The notes under the pieces were generated by a model. That model ran no database searches and had not been told where the DNA came from. It saw only the letters and a list, made by a program, of their open reading frames with translations. From Tubiluchus corallicola (lineage: Eukaryota; Animalia; Priapulida), in the NCBI GenBank assembly GCA_030141605.1, contig JAQGDQ010000024.1, positions 310,001-374,000 of the forward strand: a stretch of 64,000 nt of DNA. The letters are read 5' to 3'. Both the position numbers and the translations under genes were made by a program. Shown here in pieces: positions 37,119 through 51,660 of the stretch (within the stretch, counting starts at the first letter, position 1; each line of letters begins with the position of its first letter).

Positions 37119-40059
37119 AGAACAAACGCTACAGCACAACGAAATAGATCGTGCCTGATAGAGCACATTGAAAACAGATCAGAATAAAAAAAACTACATT
37201 AATGAATTGAATGAACGAACTTAAAATAACGAACATAATGAACTGAACGGAACTAAATGAAATATCAAGATAGAGCAGGAATGAAAAAATACAGAAAAAT
37301 AAAAACAAAAGTCAATTTGAAGAATAAATGCGCCTGAAGTGGTAAGAATAATAATAGTGGGAATACAGAATAATGCGATGGACAAGAAGATGGAATAACA
37401 TAAACAGACTGCATGTTCAGAAGGATCTATCAAATATTAGTAGATTAATTACATGGAAAATTTACCATACATATCCGAAAACTACTGTAAAAAAACTGAA
37501 GCTTGCACTGATTTTAACCACAGACGACAGATTTGATTATACACGTCTACACTGCTTGAGTTTCGCTTCTCGTTACATAACATTCAATCAATCATTCGCC
37601 TTTATCTGTAGTTTCTTGACTGTTTGCATTGCAAATGCGCTCTTTACCATGCACAAAGCGCGTGTTAAAAATATGGCAACCTATGACAGACTTCTGTTGC
37701 ACGGATGGTTGCTTAGCTAAAATTAGGAGGATGTTCGTGATTACTTGCATAGCTGCTCGTTAATTGGCATAACTTCGTCAATTTCAATTAAATTCGCTTA
37801 AAGGACAAGAAAAGAGGTGCCTAAAGTAGGTTTCAGAAAAATCGCCTTAAAAAATTATATTACTTTATAGCAATTTCATGCATATATCGTACTCGCATTG
37901 AAGGGGATTTTTGTTTGTCTTCATTTTAAATCTCTCGCAATGCTGTCCCGAAGTTGCCATTACATGACGTCACTACGCAAACGTAAATCTAAGGAAGAAA
38001 AGGCAATGCTAAACTATGTCTCAAAAAACTTTCCACGCAAAGTTATATTACCTAGCATTTCGCTTACCTGCTTGAAAGACTTATGTAACTAGAAAAGAAA
38101 ATTATTAATTATTTAAAATGTTTTCACCAATTGGTAAAATGTCACTGACTCACCCTCCAGGGTGCACCACTCCAGGGGTCACTAACCAAAAAACGTATTT
38201 TTAATCTTATTGGCAAGATACAGTAATTTAAAATTTTATTTTGCTAGTGACGTACGTATGCTGTGATTATTTTTTCAAACTTTATGCGATGTTATCTAAA
38301 CTTGTTTCAAATGTCTTATCGTCAATATGGCTGCGTCGAACCATAATTGCGGGAGTTTAAATTTAACAGGCATTAACCAGCATGACTGCCGATTGAAGTC
38401 CTGTATGTAAAAAGGCAGTATATAACTGATATAAAATTTCAAGACAAATTTTTTAAGCTTTATGTTTATGAAGGGTTTTCTTGTGCTTTAAGAAGTAGTC
38501 TTTGTACTCTTATAGTGGCTGTAATACATATATTTGAGGTCCCTAACCCATGAAACGTGCGTTGTTTATTTGGTATTAATTAGTTAGTGTATTTTGTTTT
38601 GTTGGCGGCCATCTTGAAATCGAAGTAACAAATCGCCTGAGTTTTCCATCAAAACACTGAAAGTGTATCTAGTGATCCTGGCGCCCGGTATCAAACTTTT
38701 GTGACATGCCGTATAGTCAACATTTGATGATCTAAAGGATCACATAAATAATGGAGTGAAGCGGTACGCGGACATTCCTCCTAGTTCTTGGGCTATTCCA
38801 CTTTTCCATTTACTTCGCTTAATTAACTAAAATGCACTTTATGAATATTTAACTTTAATCCATCTTTTAGAGGCGGAGCTTTATTGTTATGAAATGCAGA
38901 ACGAATAGCGGTTAAATGTTTTTGCACTGAATGACTTGTAAATTTTTGTAATGTTGGAACTTATCTTCCTTCCGTTTAATTAGGGATCCATAGTTGACTA
39001 AATTACTCGAGTGATACAATAATGTCGAGAATCCGAAAAATGACTTATTTGTAGACTACGAAATTACATGGACAATTGGAAAGGTCAGTTCATATTAAAA
39101 TTCTCAGTGGAAATCAAACCCGGAAAAAGAACACCAATACAGAAGAATGAATTCGTTCTGGCTGACGAAACAGACTTCATTTAATTTTCTGTCTGTCGAT
39201 GATAACTAAGGCGAGAGCGTGAGCCACATGACACGATACGATAACGGCAATGGTTCACCTAGTTACTGTCAATATAGACGAAAATATTATTTTTAAGCTA
39301 CATATATACATACGTGTCCGGGAAACAGTTTGACAACAAAGAAACAAACGGTTTGAGAACACACATTCAAATTTGAAATTCTAATGAGCAGCAATGAAAT
39401 ACTGTTGTCAAAGTGGACGCGACTCTGTTTTCATTTTCTGAAAGCTCTAAAAAAGACTAGTCAGGTAAAAGAAAACCATTCAAGCAGTTTATTATATAGC
39501 AAAGTTAACGTCAGCTAAATCATCAGACAGGCAAATTCAGACAGTTCTTACTTCTTACTGCTTAGCTTTCCTTGCCAAATATTTGTTCTAGCAAATTTCA
39601 GGAACTTCGGATGGAAAAGGGGATTACGGCGAATGCTTTTCCAGTATTACCAGGCCAAGTTTAGGAACGGCAAATTTAGGTGAAAGTCTTATCAAAGTTT
39701 CAAAACCGCGTTGACCTATATACCAGAAACGGTGCAGGCGCACTCACTTCTGAAGAAGGATGTATGAACAAGCATGGTCCTATGCCTCTAACGGAATAGG
39801 GATAGGTGGTTACGGCTCCATATTCGCAATCGGGCACAAGACGAGGACAGGTTGTTGGCCCGTCGCCCGGCCACATTTCTTCCCCCAGTACATGGCTAGT
39901 ATATATAACAGAATTTCCCAGAAAAGGATTCTCCAAAAAATGAAGAAGCAATGTATACATACATATATATCTGACTGCAAGTCCAGTAAATTCCAATCAA
40001 CGCCATGGTATTTGGCTATTACTACCCGGCAGGCTTAGCTTTCTTTTCGCAGTAGTTCG

Positions 40060-40087
40060 TTTAGATTTAGATTTAGATTTAGATTTA
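40060..40087. repeat. (TTTAGA)n short tandem repeat, possibly a retroelement tail
   Basis: tttagatttagatttagatttagattta. Confidence 0.8.
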
Positions 40088-43000
40088 CCACTGTTACAGT
40101 CATGTAAATCTTAATGCGCATATGTAATCCAAATGCTGTCCACGAAAAACCGAAGTAAAGATTCGCAAAGTAGTTGAATTACTGCCGCGAGAACCATTGA
40201 TCTTTTTTCTAAACAATCCTGGACTATTCTTCCAACGTCTCAGTAAATTTATGCGACAAAACGTAAAAGATCTAGAAAAGCTGTGGCGTTGTGAAATGAC
40301 GAAATCTGATTCGGTTAAGTAGCAGTTGAGCAGCACATTTATTGATTAAAATAAACACTAATCAGCAAAAACGTGAATGGTGACTTCTTCAATATTTGCT
40401 GAAGTAGCTGACCGCGAGGTAAAACATGCTTCCTGCAGAGTGGTCAGGCGTGTGTACCGAAAGGAAGCGTTGCCGAGGCTGGTCAGTGAATGGATGAATC
40501 ATTCACTGATTTTCAATACTCACAACGGACGGCTTCATTCGCCATACTGATTCTGGTTGTTCACCTCTCTGAGGAATGATACACATCCGAACATGGCTAA
40601 GATGCACCTGGCAGTTCAGTGGCTCATCTTAGAGGCATAGTTTTAATAGTGAGGCAGGCATCAGTTTTGGTACAAATGCTAACACTGAGAAAGCCCGCCA
40701 CTGAATGTTGCATGAGCTGAACTGAACAATAACAAGAAGAGACGATCAATAAATTGTTTGTCATTTTTTACAACGATTAAGGCTGATTGAGGGCATCCTA
40801 ATCTGTGCAATCAACTTCAGGTCAGACAGTTTAAAAGTTTGCGTAAGATGAATTACTAATAAAACGCTTTTATCTTAAAACACTGTGTAACTTGCTTTAT
40901 TCGATTGAAGTTCGAAGAAATGATAAGAGATCGGACTGAAAAACGCGTGACCCAACAAACCAAAGAGAAACAAGTATCTTATTCCCTGTTTAGAAAATCT
41001 TGTAATTTGGGCACGGAATTTCCCAGTTATTCGATGCTCTTATTTACACGCTAATGACATACAAGAGCATTGATTACAACCGCTATTACGACCCCTCTCA
41101 TTATTCCACAACGAGATTTTCTGGATGACAAACTGGGAGAGAAGACGCACGCTAGAAAAGGACTTTGTACGAGCTTTAGGCAAGCTCGCCAGCATCAGGA
41201 ATCGGGAAACGAGAAGCGAAAACCTCCTAATGTCGGATTAAACGACAGTTTCGTTTGAAAAGCTTGCGTTTAGAAAACAATCACTATACATAATACCCAT
41301 TGGTCGATGGATTTGTGTATAAAATATATATGCAAGTTGAAATACATTGAAAAGTAAAGACACGATGAGCTCAAGATCGAATTTGTTACGGTACTAATAG
41401 CAAAGTCAGTATTAAAATAGCACTTTATCATATTTGCTTTTCCGCGAATTCTTCATGAACTGCGCTATTACCGATATTGTAGTGAACATGAACAACACGC
41501 GAATAATGTTACCTAATTATAGTTAACGCTACATGTTGCCTTTTGTGTAATGAGCTTCTATAATAGCACCTAGGCTAGCACGGATAATTTTTATGTTTTC
41601 CGCTGCACGGAATCGGAATAGGGAGTCAAGTGGAAAGTAGGAGATTCTGTGTTATTCCATATAATTACAGCAACTAGAGTATATGATCAATTAGTCCCAA
41701 GAAAAATGAAACCAATTACCCAGAGCAAAAACGATTACCGGCCTACAGAAAAGCCAGCAGCCACGAGATCATTTTTGCAGTAATTAGTTAATGCTGCAAT
41801 ATGATGCCAACGCGTACAACTATGTAGAAATGCGCTGAGTTTTCACTAAACCTTGCAACACGAGTGATGGCCAAATAGAACTAATGCTATACTTCTGTTC
41901 AGCCTCAAACTCTTAAAAAACATACCCATTCGTGGCGAATTTTAATTTCAACCCTTTAAAATCGTAAACATTCCATACGAGTTGTTAGCAGCTTCTATAC
42001 AATTGTTCGCAGCGCAGAACTAGTTTTAAAGTTAAAGGAAATGCCAAGCCTTTTGGGAAGTAAGGGTTATTTCAATATTTGCGAGAATGTCAGAAGAATT
42101 TAGTCTTAAAAGTGTGATAAGCGCTGCCATTTTGAGTGCCCATTGTTTCATCAATGACGACGTTCATCGGGTGCAAAAAGTAACGCACTGTCAATTTCCG
42201 TCAAAAGTGTGATAAGTTTTTACACAAAAATCATATAGCTAATTTTACGATATTTATGCATGAACATTAGGTAAGCTACAGAAGATTGAATTAGTTTAAG
42301 CTTCGCGCACTTACAAAAAGTAACGATGGCCACTACCATTACGCTTGAAAATTTCCATACAGCGGTAGTAAAAATTAACTATGCGTTATGCTTCATACAC
42401 AATTTTTTGCGAATCTGTTTGTTACATTTTTCTAAATTTAGGTGACAGCACTAAAATAAACCCAAGATAACACAAAACTGATAACCAAATTTGAATTATC
42501 AAGTGTATGTACACCCGAAACTTGTTAACTAAATGAGAGATTTTTAACTTTCCTTGAGCTCAGTAAACTGCATGAGGGTATTGTAGTGGGACGAGCAACA
42601 CAACTGGAACAAGATTAGGTCTAGGACCTTCCTCTTCAAAATACAATAAAATTATTGCCTTACCAAAACAGCAAAATCAGAACACCGATATATCAAAATC
42701 AACAAGTTTCTTAGAAATTGAACGTCTATAGAATTCATTTAGAAGTCATAGAAGTAATTCAGAATTTAACCAGATTTCAAAGTTTGCAAAACGCTCTAAT
42801 GTGCAACACAATTCTGTTGTACTTAGAAGGATAGCACAGTTACACGGCTAATTACTCCAACAGGCATCAACTTATGAAAACGAACAAAATGTATAAATCT
42901 TAATGTACATAATGACTGAACGTGAGAAGACAATGTACAATATTCTGGGAACGAAAAATTTCACAAGGTCACTCTAGCACACTGGTTTTACGCAAACTTG

Positions 43001-43520
43001 AAGGAAAATATTTGATAAACTTCCTTTGTATAAACAAATGAAGCCCGATTCTGTAAATTGATGTTGACATAATCCAGGAATCAGTTTGACTAATGACGAT
43101 ATGTCAACTTCTTTAACCAATTATAGTAATATGGGGGGGGGGATGTACAACAGATGGTTGGGTTGTAGTGAGATAACGAGTGGCGTGACTTGGAACAATT
43201 CTTTTTGCAATTATGCTTTGGTTTGCTGCTAAAGAAAAGTCAAACAATGAGACTAAACAAACTTCAACATTATTTCATTTTCTTGGCAAACCTTTACTTC
43301 TTTGATCTTAAGGGTCTAAACAGCTGAATAGCCAGTTAGTTACGCGACCCCAAATTACTCTGTTAATTAAAAACTGTGTATGCACAAGCAACGATGTGAT
43401 ATTACGGAAAGATTTATTAATCACTTAATTACAGCTACATTTGTTATTACGACACATGTTGGATGAAAGTGGCAACTATTAATTAAAAAACCACAAGCCT
43501 CTATACCCCTATAACCCAAT

Positions 43521-43852
43521 TTTATTGCTTGGTATTATGTAGTTTGAGCAATTTAAAAAAAGTGTTCATATGTTTCAAGAAAGGCACTACAAGAACAGTA
43601 AGGTGATACTAGAGAACCATCATTATTTTTACAATTTTTAAGTGACAGGTCATAATTTAGCTGACTAAATCCTAACCCCCCCCCCCGCTCACATGCGCAT
43701 AGGATTTAGTCAACTAAATTATGACCTGTCACTTAAAAATTGTAAAAATAATGATAGTTCTCTAGTATCACCTCACTGTTCTTGCAGTGCCTCTCTTGAA
43801 ACATATGGACACTTTTTTAAATTGCTCAAACTACATAATACCAAGTAATAAA
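43521..43852. repeat. Long inverted repeat (foldback), ~154-bp arms with a 25-nt C-rich spacer
   Basis: 43521-43674 is the reverse complement of 43700-43852 apart from 7 substitutions and 1 indel (manual alignment). Confidence 0.95.
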
Positions 43853-44687
43853 GTGTTTAACAACCTTAATGCTTTATATGACAACAATGACATTAGAAAT
43901 TTGCTAGTTAGAAATATTTTAAATTTGTTACTACGCCGAGATGAAAATTTAAGTTAGGTAGGTAATTGTAAAATATTTGATTGTGTACAGTTGTTTATTA
44001 CCGAATCGAGACGTTTTAAATGATGATTACTGGAATTGATTAATTTATTTGTACTTTATCCTATATAGCAAAGATGCATGTTTACTGTTTACTGATAAAC
44101 CAGTTTAGTGCGCAGGCTAAATATTTAACTATTTATCATTTGTTTTTTGTATTTACCCACACCAAGTAACTATAATAACTTTGTAAATACTTTTATATCG
44201 ATTTATGTATTACCACTAACAGTTGTAAAAATTACTACGCGGGGAGTGCCTGCGCATAAGTTGTAAAAACTTAATGGTACAAACCGCGTAATAAAATTAT
44301 GTTTAAATTAATTAAATTAACCAATGGACGTTAAAAAATGAATCCTAATAATGAATCTTCAAAGAAGACAGGATGATTTTTCATATATTACTTCATTTTC
44401 AAGTCCAATAAAAAGTATACATTTTAACACAATTAATACTGCAAAATCGTTTCTGATAATTAAATAATGGATTAAAATCTTAATTAACGGCGGGCGAACC
44501 CAAATATTGATGACATCACAAACTTACGTAATTTCCAACGGCAAAAATATTCCATTAGCGTTGTCAAATATGCATAATAAAGTGTTTATTACCATAATTA
44601 TCCACAATTAATATAGGTAACCTTTTAGTACAAGATTCTATATCTATGACTATATGTTACAAGCGTGTTGCACGTGTTTGTGAAAGT

Positions 44688-45088
44688 GAAAATTGAAGTA
44701 CAATGCTACTGTAAGATATTCAGTGTCTTGTACTAAAGTTAGGCAAGCTTTAAGACAAAAATTCAAATTTCAAATTTATCGCGGTACCCCACGCAGGAGT
44801 TGATGAATGTATGTAGTTTGTCGGAAACTAATACACCTGAAATGAAAGGTACAGCATCTGTTTTTTTGTGCAAAGCGTTTCCGCAATGCAGGTGCTAGTG
44901 CCCGTCTAACTAGAGAATGGCGAAATGCATGTGACAACGAAGAACTAGTGGCGCGAACGCAAAATTGTGTTTATGTGGTGATAATTCTTTCACGTAAGTT
45001 ATTTTTGAAAAAATGGTATGTTTCCTTTCAATGTTTTAAATAGTAGATTGTTTTGACCTACAGTTTAAGATTGAGTCCGGCTTTGCTT
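44688..45088. repeat. Dispersed ~400-bp repeat, copy 1
   Basis: Colinear with 46455-46845 (e.g. GCTACTGTAAGATATTC, CCTGAAATGAAAGGTACAGCA, GCTAGTGCCCGTCTAACTAG, CAGTTTAAGATTGAGTC). Confidence 0.9.
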
Positions 45089-46249
45089 TAAAGATGCCAA
45101 GAGCTTAAGCCAGGGTTCTATGGAGGTGTTTACCTTCGACTCTCATTTCGTAATCACTTTAGTTAATTTTTTTAATAGCGATTATCCAATTTTTAAGCGC
45201 GAAAAGTAGTCAAGGCACATGCGAATGCGGATTTTAACGTTAAGTTAAAATTTAATAATGTACGATTATGTGGTATTGATTGTAACGTATTGGGTAATGC
45301 CATTTTGGAAATGGGAAATGCTATCGTATCTTTGACAATTGTTTGTGTGGCTAAAAAGCGCCAGTACAAACTTCATCTACAGTATATTTTCATGTATCGG
45401 ATAAAACAGTTTACTAAAAGGGGTCATTCATATGCTGCAACTATTGTATACTATACAGGATTTCTACTCTGAAAATAGCCAAATTAGGCAACGAATGAAG
45501 CTCACACAGAGCAATTATTTCACACAAAGGAAACCATTCTTTCCGACCAACCGATTCTCTCTCTATTATAGCTAAATTTCGTATTATTTCCCCCGGATCG
45601 AATTCGCGCGATAAAGGCTACAAATAACTATAACTACGATTACATGGGATTTGTGCGGTAGATAGAAATACCAACAGCTCTGTCATTAAGCTACAATCAT
45701 TTCCGTCTCTTCGGGGGCACAGATCTATACACTGATCCGGACGTAAAGCGACAGGATACAAAAACGAATGAACACCGCATTAACGTCTTCACAGGCTGCA
45801 CCATTCAGTATTCTAGAATCAGGAAATTAGTACGCACCCTTCCCGCATGGAAGCGCCCCAGTCGATCGTAACGACCGCTTTTCCGTTAGCGTTTGACGGA
45901 GACACTGCTAATGACTCGAGCTTCCCCTTCGTCTGTGAGGCTTCACTTGTGCTCATGCTGCTTAGATCTTTATAGGCTGCTCTTTCAAAGTTTCCAGAAT
46001 ACAGTTTTGCACGGTTCTGGACAGAATTTTGCAAAAAACAGCCAGAGTAATTTGCATATTGGTATTTTTATTATTGGCTTCTAGGATAATCATTATTTTG
46101 TACCAATCATTTCGTAAGATAGATTCATTATAAAGTATAAACGTACATGTTTTGGACCTATCACAGAGTATACTTAGTTTAGTTGTATACTTAGTATTCA
46201 CAGTTTAGTTTAATTTGTAACAAAATAAAAAATACACAATAAACATTAA

Positions 46250-46845
46250 CATACATTAAAAACACAACACATATTAAAATATGTACACGCGTAAATGTAT
46301 AATACAACTGAGGGGTGGTTTGAGAGAGACACAAAGAGCACGCGCTTCTTACATGTGCCTGTTAAATACTAAGCGGGTAATTTAATCGTCGTTTAAAAAG
46401 GTTTACATTTTGAGCTTTTACCAATGATGGTAAAACTTTTACCAGAGCGAAAACGAAAACTGAAGTACAGTGCTACTGTAAGATATTCGGTGTTTTCTAC
46501 TAAAATTAGGCAAGTAATAATACAAATTTCAAATTTACCGCTGTGCTCACGCATGAGCTGTCATATGTGTGTAGTTTGTCAGAAACTAATAAACCTGAAA
46601 TGAAAGGTACAGCACCTATTTTGTGTGCAAAGCGTTTCCGAATTGCAGGCGCTAGTGCCCGTCTAACTAGGGAATGGCGAAATGCATGTAACAGCAAAGA
46701 CCTGGTGGCGCGAACGTGAAATTGCTTTGTGTGGTAATAATTCTTTCAAGCAAGTCGTTTTTGAGAAAATAGTATGTTTCCTTTTAATATTTTAAAGAGT
46801 AGATTGTTATGACATGCAGTTTAAGATTGAGTCGGTTTCGCTTTA
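46250..46845 (-). mobile_element. Dispersed repeat copy 2 (46455-46845) running into a CR1/L2-type LINE 3' end
   Basis: Minus-strand translation includes VLPSLVKAQNVNLFKRRLNY, typical of the CR1-group ORF2 C-terminus, followed by a UTR-like AT-rich tail. Confidence 0.55.
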
Positions 46846-49800
46846 TCAATTTCTGATAACAACTACAAGGCTCTGCAAACTTTTGGGACACACTGTGTTT
46901 ACGCTAACAAAGTAGTAACTTACGTTAAAACAAAGTAGTGATTGAGAGCTTCTTTTCTCCGAAGCTATTCATTTAACCATCCCAATTTCTTCGAAGCGCA
47001 AACAAGTAAGTCAAAATTATAGCCTATTCGGCAAATTGGGGAAACCTTTCATTTGTAACACAGCGTGTAAAATGTTCAGGTAGTGCAAACAGTGAAATTC
47101 AATCGAGGATTATCCATTATTCAACGGCAAAAATTCAGTCAACAGCTACAGTTGCCGATTATTCAATTCATAAGAGCTGTATCTTTTATTGCTCGAGACA
47201 AACCATCTAGCATTATCTGTAAAACCAAGCCACTCTCTAAAATCAGGCTGGAGAGCACCATAACAGATCAGCTTTAGTCTTGTTTTCCTTCACAGTTCCT
47301 TCACAGACTTTTCCGGAAAACCAAACTTTCATGTATACGCTATGAAAGGTCTTAACCTGCATGCATAACTGCACAGGCCTACATATTATATGATGTAGGT
47401 TTACTGTTAAATGTATTCTATAGGCACCATAACTACTGTTATCTACCTCTAAGTCTAAACAACGTTGAAAAGGGATAAAAAGACGAAAGCGGCAGAAAAA
47501 GAATCGTGATACCACGATTTTTGTGTTTCTAGTGTGTTATTAATAGTATTTTTCAAAAGAAAACAATACTTATATGGCCACAGAACCGAATAAATGGGAA
47601 ACAGATGAAACACAGCAAGATAAAAGGGCCTAGATGGCACTGGTCTACAACTAAGGTGAAAAAAGTATTTGATTTACCAAATGTTTGTGATACAGACAGA
47701 CAGACTACACAGAAACTCTGTGAATTCAGACACATATACTTTAAATAACGCATAAAGCATTCCATTAATAGAAATTTGATAAATGAAGGCACCGCATAAT
47801 GCATTGCATTGCATGCTTCCCCATAATATAGGCGCGGCACGCAAGCCACAATGCGAAGCCAAATATTTACCCAAATGTTGCAAACATGCGGTAAAAACAG
47901 TAGCGTGGTCACTGTCAGTAAAGTTTGTAAATGCAGTCAACTTCCACCAAGGCTTCACCATTAGTGTGGATAATCCTGGTGCTACAGACTAACAGAGGCA
48001 CACAACGCACACACTAAGGAATGTTTACAACATGACTTACATGAAACCAGTGTAAAACATATTTACAAGTCCAGGGTTAGTGAAATTAAACAAATACGTA
48101 TGTTATTAATGATATGCTGGTCAATATAAACACTTTTTGGATTATATTAGACTAATCTATTTATTTATATTTTTTGTTACACAATGCAGTTGATTACAAA
48201 ACCAATAGTAAATGAGTACAAAATTTAATACAATTTTATATCAAAAAACAATGGTATGGCAACTAATAGCAGAAAAAATATGATACCGCTGCTAATGATA
48301 AGAGAAAGGGGTAATAATTATTAAGAGAAACATAATATAACCGACGAGCAACAGTGATGGAAATGATTCACCTTTGCATGACTCGATGATCCGGTTTCCA
48401 ACACACAATCGTTTATGCTTTATCACGCAACACAATGTTATAAATATGCAATAGAGTTATCGTTAGCAAATCTTGTATCATATAAAAAGTGTTTTCCTGG
48501 TACAGACGTATTTATTGTTTATCCAACAGTCGGGCATAAACGCTGGTTTTAGATAATCTTACAAAAAAACCCACTCACTTATACGTTTGCAAATTTATAC
48601 ACGTCATTCCACACGACTAGTGAAAATCTTGCGAAACTTTACATGATTACTCAGAAATGTGACAATAAAATGATTCTCATTTTAATCTTAGTGTAAAATT
48701 TACCAGACGAAAAACAAACAATTTTTTACATTTAATATTTATCTGTTTATTCTTAGTTTGTGTATATTGTTCTATTGTTTGTATACCTTTTACTAGTGTT
48801 TATATAACTAGGTCTCCCACTGTTTTCTATGCGAAATACGAACAAGAAAGCAAAAAAATTAAAATCTGACGGCAGAAACTGAAATCAGCAAAACCAGACA
48901 TGCCATTTTGTCTACTTTATTCGTTTGACGCAGTGGGTAAATACTTCTATTGTATCTGCAGGAGTAAATTCTCAGTTTACAAAGTGACGATTAGGATGAA
49001 CGTAGCGATTTCTTGTTCTTTCAAATGAATTGAGGAATGTGGCTTCCAGTGAAGAAACCTCAGTAGGAGCAGCTGCTTGTAGCTAGCTGGTCACTAGGAA
49101 TGTCATGTGAGATTGCTCTTGGTAATTGCTTGAAAGCACATTGGTGAAAATTACAGCCGTTCTCATTCAATTAACTTTCTGTGATCCCAGTGGTGAACTT
49201 CACTTGCGCTTTCTGAAATTTCTACAGAAACACTGTAGAAACAATTTCTACTGTTTGTAGAACAATAATGCAATTCTCAAATTTTATGATTTTACAAGAT
49301 TTAGGATTAAAAATTTATGAAGGAATCTTAACACTGCGTGAGGTAACATTGTGCTGTAAAGTTACAGCTGCAATGACTATAATTTGTTATACAATTCAAA
49401 CTAGTACGCACATGGACGATGTTCATTCTAATTTATATTGAAGGAATAAGATAACTTAAGTTGAAATTGTCTAATTTTCAAAAATGTGTATTTATTTTCT
49501 GATTTCATGTTTGGAGTACAGTAGTTTACAAGATCAATGGTACCAAAACCAGATGACAATTATATTGGTTAGCAGTGTTTAAAGACTATACAATGGCCCT
49601 TGTTTGAAGTATTTCACCCCTACTTTGAATTCGTCTACGAAAGTAATTTTTGTTAAAAATCCAGCTTGAAACACAGAACGTACTGATACTTACATTTTCA
49701 CTATATGCGATTCACATAATCAGTACTTTTAAAAATGAGACAAATAAGAAATCGTTCCATCAATCACTAATCAAAGCATAAAGGAAGGCTTTCTTGACAA

Positions 49801-50556
49801 GAATAACCAGACCGACTGTTGTTGTACGATTATGGTAATGCACTAGGTGAAACAGCTCCATTAATTTTATATGTGTCAATAGTAGACGAGGCACATGGGA
49901 ATAGGTAAAGTGACGTTCCCTGTATTCCTCAATTGCATTAAGCCTCACTGTGGTAACTGCATTTATCAGAGAATTACTGCATTAAATCTTACAGACTTGC
50001 TGTGGCTCAGCAGAGAGGAAGTGAAATACGCTTCATTTGTGTAACGGATAAATGGAGACTAGAAACTATAATTACGTCGCAAATCAAATGCAACGCTGTG
50101 TTAAAAGTGAATAACACTAGAACAGTGTATTTCACGAATTTCATTCTATACTGCTATCATTCACTCAGTGTTAGTTAGTGTTTTGCCTTTGCTGAAAATC
50201 TGTATACTATAAAGTTTTTACTGTCCAATAACAACAAATTTCAAAGTACTCAATTTTAATATTTTGTACTTTTATCAATAAAAAGTATCTGCATCTGTGT
50301 CTGTATATGTATCAGTATCTGCAATAGATTAAGCAAACAGAATATTAATGCTATTGCTGTTTATGAATTAACTACTAAAAAATATACTTGATTATTTATA
50401 TTTGCAAAAGGTATAGTATGTTTCACACTTATATGAGTAAACATGTATATAATGTGTATTTGTTTTACCACCGAGACATAAAGTTTCCCTTTGTGATCTA
50501 CGTGTCCAAATACTTGTATAGACCTTTCTCCAGTTTTGTTTTATGGTTGCTGTAAC

Positions 50557-51291
50557 TAGGGATGTCGATGATAACGATACGTATCGATAATTATCGGTTA
50601 TCATATCGATACGAAAAATTTGTTTTTATCGTTATTGTGTCGATATTACTCCAGGAATATTGTTATCATATCGAATTTGTTACGCATCGTTTCTTATTGT
50701 TTAGCTTTATAATCGCTTCACTTTTCTTTTCTATTTATTTACAGTAATTATGCAAATAAGTGTAATTACGCATATTAAATAAAATGAATTATTTAAAAAT
50801 TATAAGCTTGTCAGACCCTGAATCATTTTCTTGTATTTTCGTTTGGCAAAAACAGTTCGTCTGGTATCATACAGACAAAGTGTAGGCACCCCTTTATACA
50901 CTTTGAGACTGACGTACGGTTGTGTACCATATTTTTAGTGTCATTTTCCCGATCATGTGCAGCTCGCATAGATAAATACTTTTATTGCAGCGATATGCTT
51001 ATCTAACGCAGCTTACTCATTTATTAAACATTATGACAGACAAGCTTCTGTTTCGCAACTAGCAACCATTTAAGTATACAGCGCTCAAAACACTGAAGCA
51101 CTTGACAGTTTTATTATTAAGGATACTTTTTCTGTTGCATAAATTGTCTAACTTCAGTACAGTTTTTATCGCTTCGAAATACTTTACTGTATAATATCGC
51201 ATCATATCGTCTAAAAATAGTTTATAGTTATCGTATCTTTGGAAAAAAGTATTGTAACATCTCGCCAAATTTGTATTGTTTAACATCAGTA
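50557..51291. mobile_element. hAT-type MITE
   Basis: TIRs TAGGGATGTC / AACATCAGTA, dense subterminal CGATA/TATCG repeats, degenerate 8-bp TSD GCTGTAAC / GTTGTTAC. Confidence 0.65.
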
Positions 51292-51660
51292 GTTGTTACC
51301 ATGCTAGTTAGTAGATGCTGTTGTATTCTTGAGACGCACATTGTTTTGTTAGAAATAAAATATATACAATCAGAACTCAACAACAATTTTAACAAAAAGA
51401 CTTAGTATTGTCTCAATTGCTTTATTTACGCATTTCATTTTTTAGTCATTTAACTTGACTTCTAAATCAAAACAGCTGCTCACAAGGGAAAGAAACAGCA
51501 AATAACCCATTCAAACTTGACACTACTCTATACTGTTTTACAATACTTTACAGTCTTAAAATTCAAGTATTTTCTTTGTTACAGATGCTGTTAAAAACAG
51601 AATGTTCCACTTCAAGTAAAATAATTTCGAGATAAAACTTATGTTAAGAAACTGAATAAC

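Noticed and set aside
40426-40470. CTGCAGA...ACCGAAA hammerhead-like core
   Set aside because: The conserved A6 is replaced and the flanking strands pair with each other, which is not hammerhead topology.
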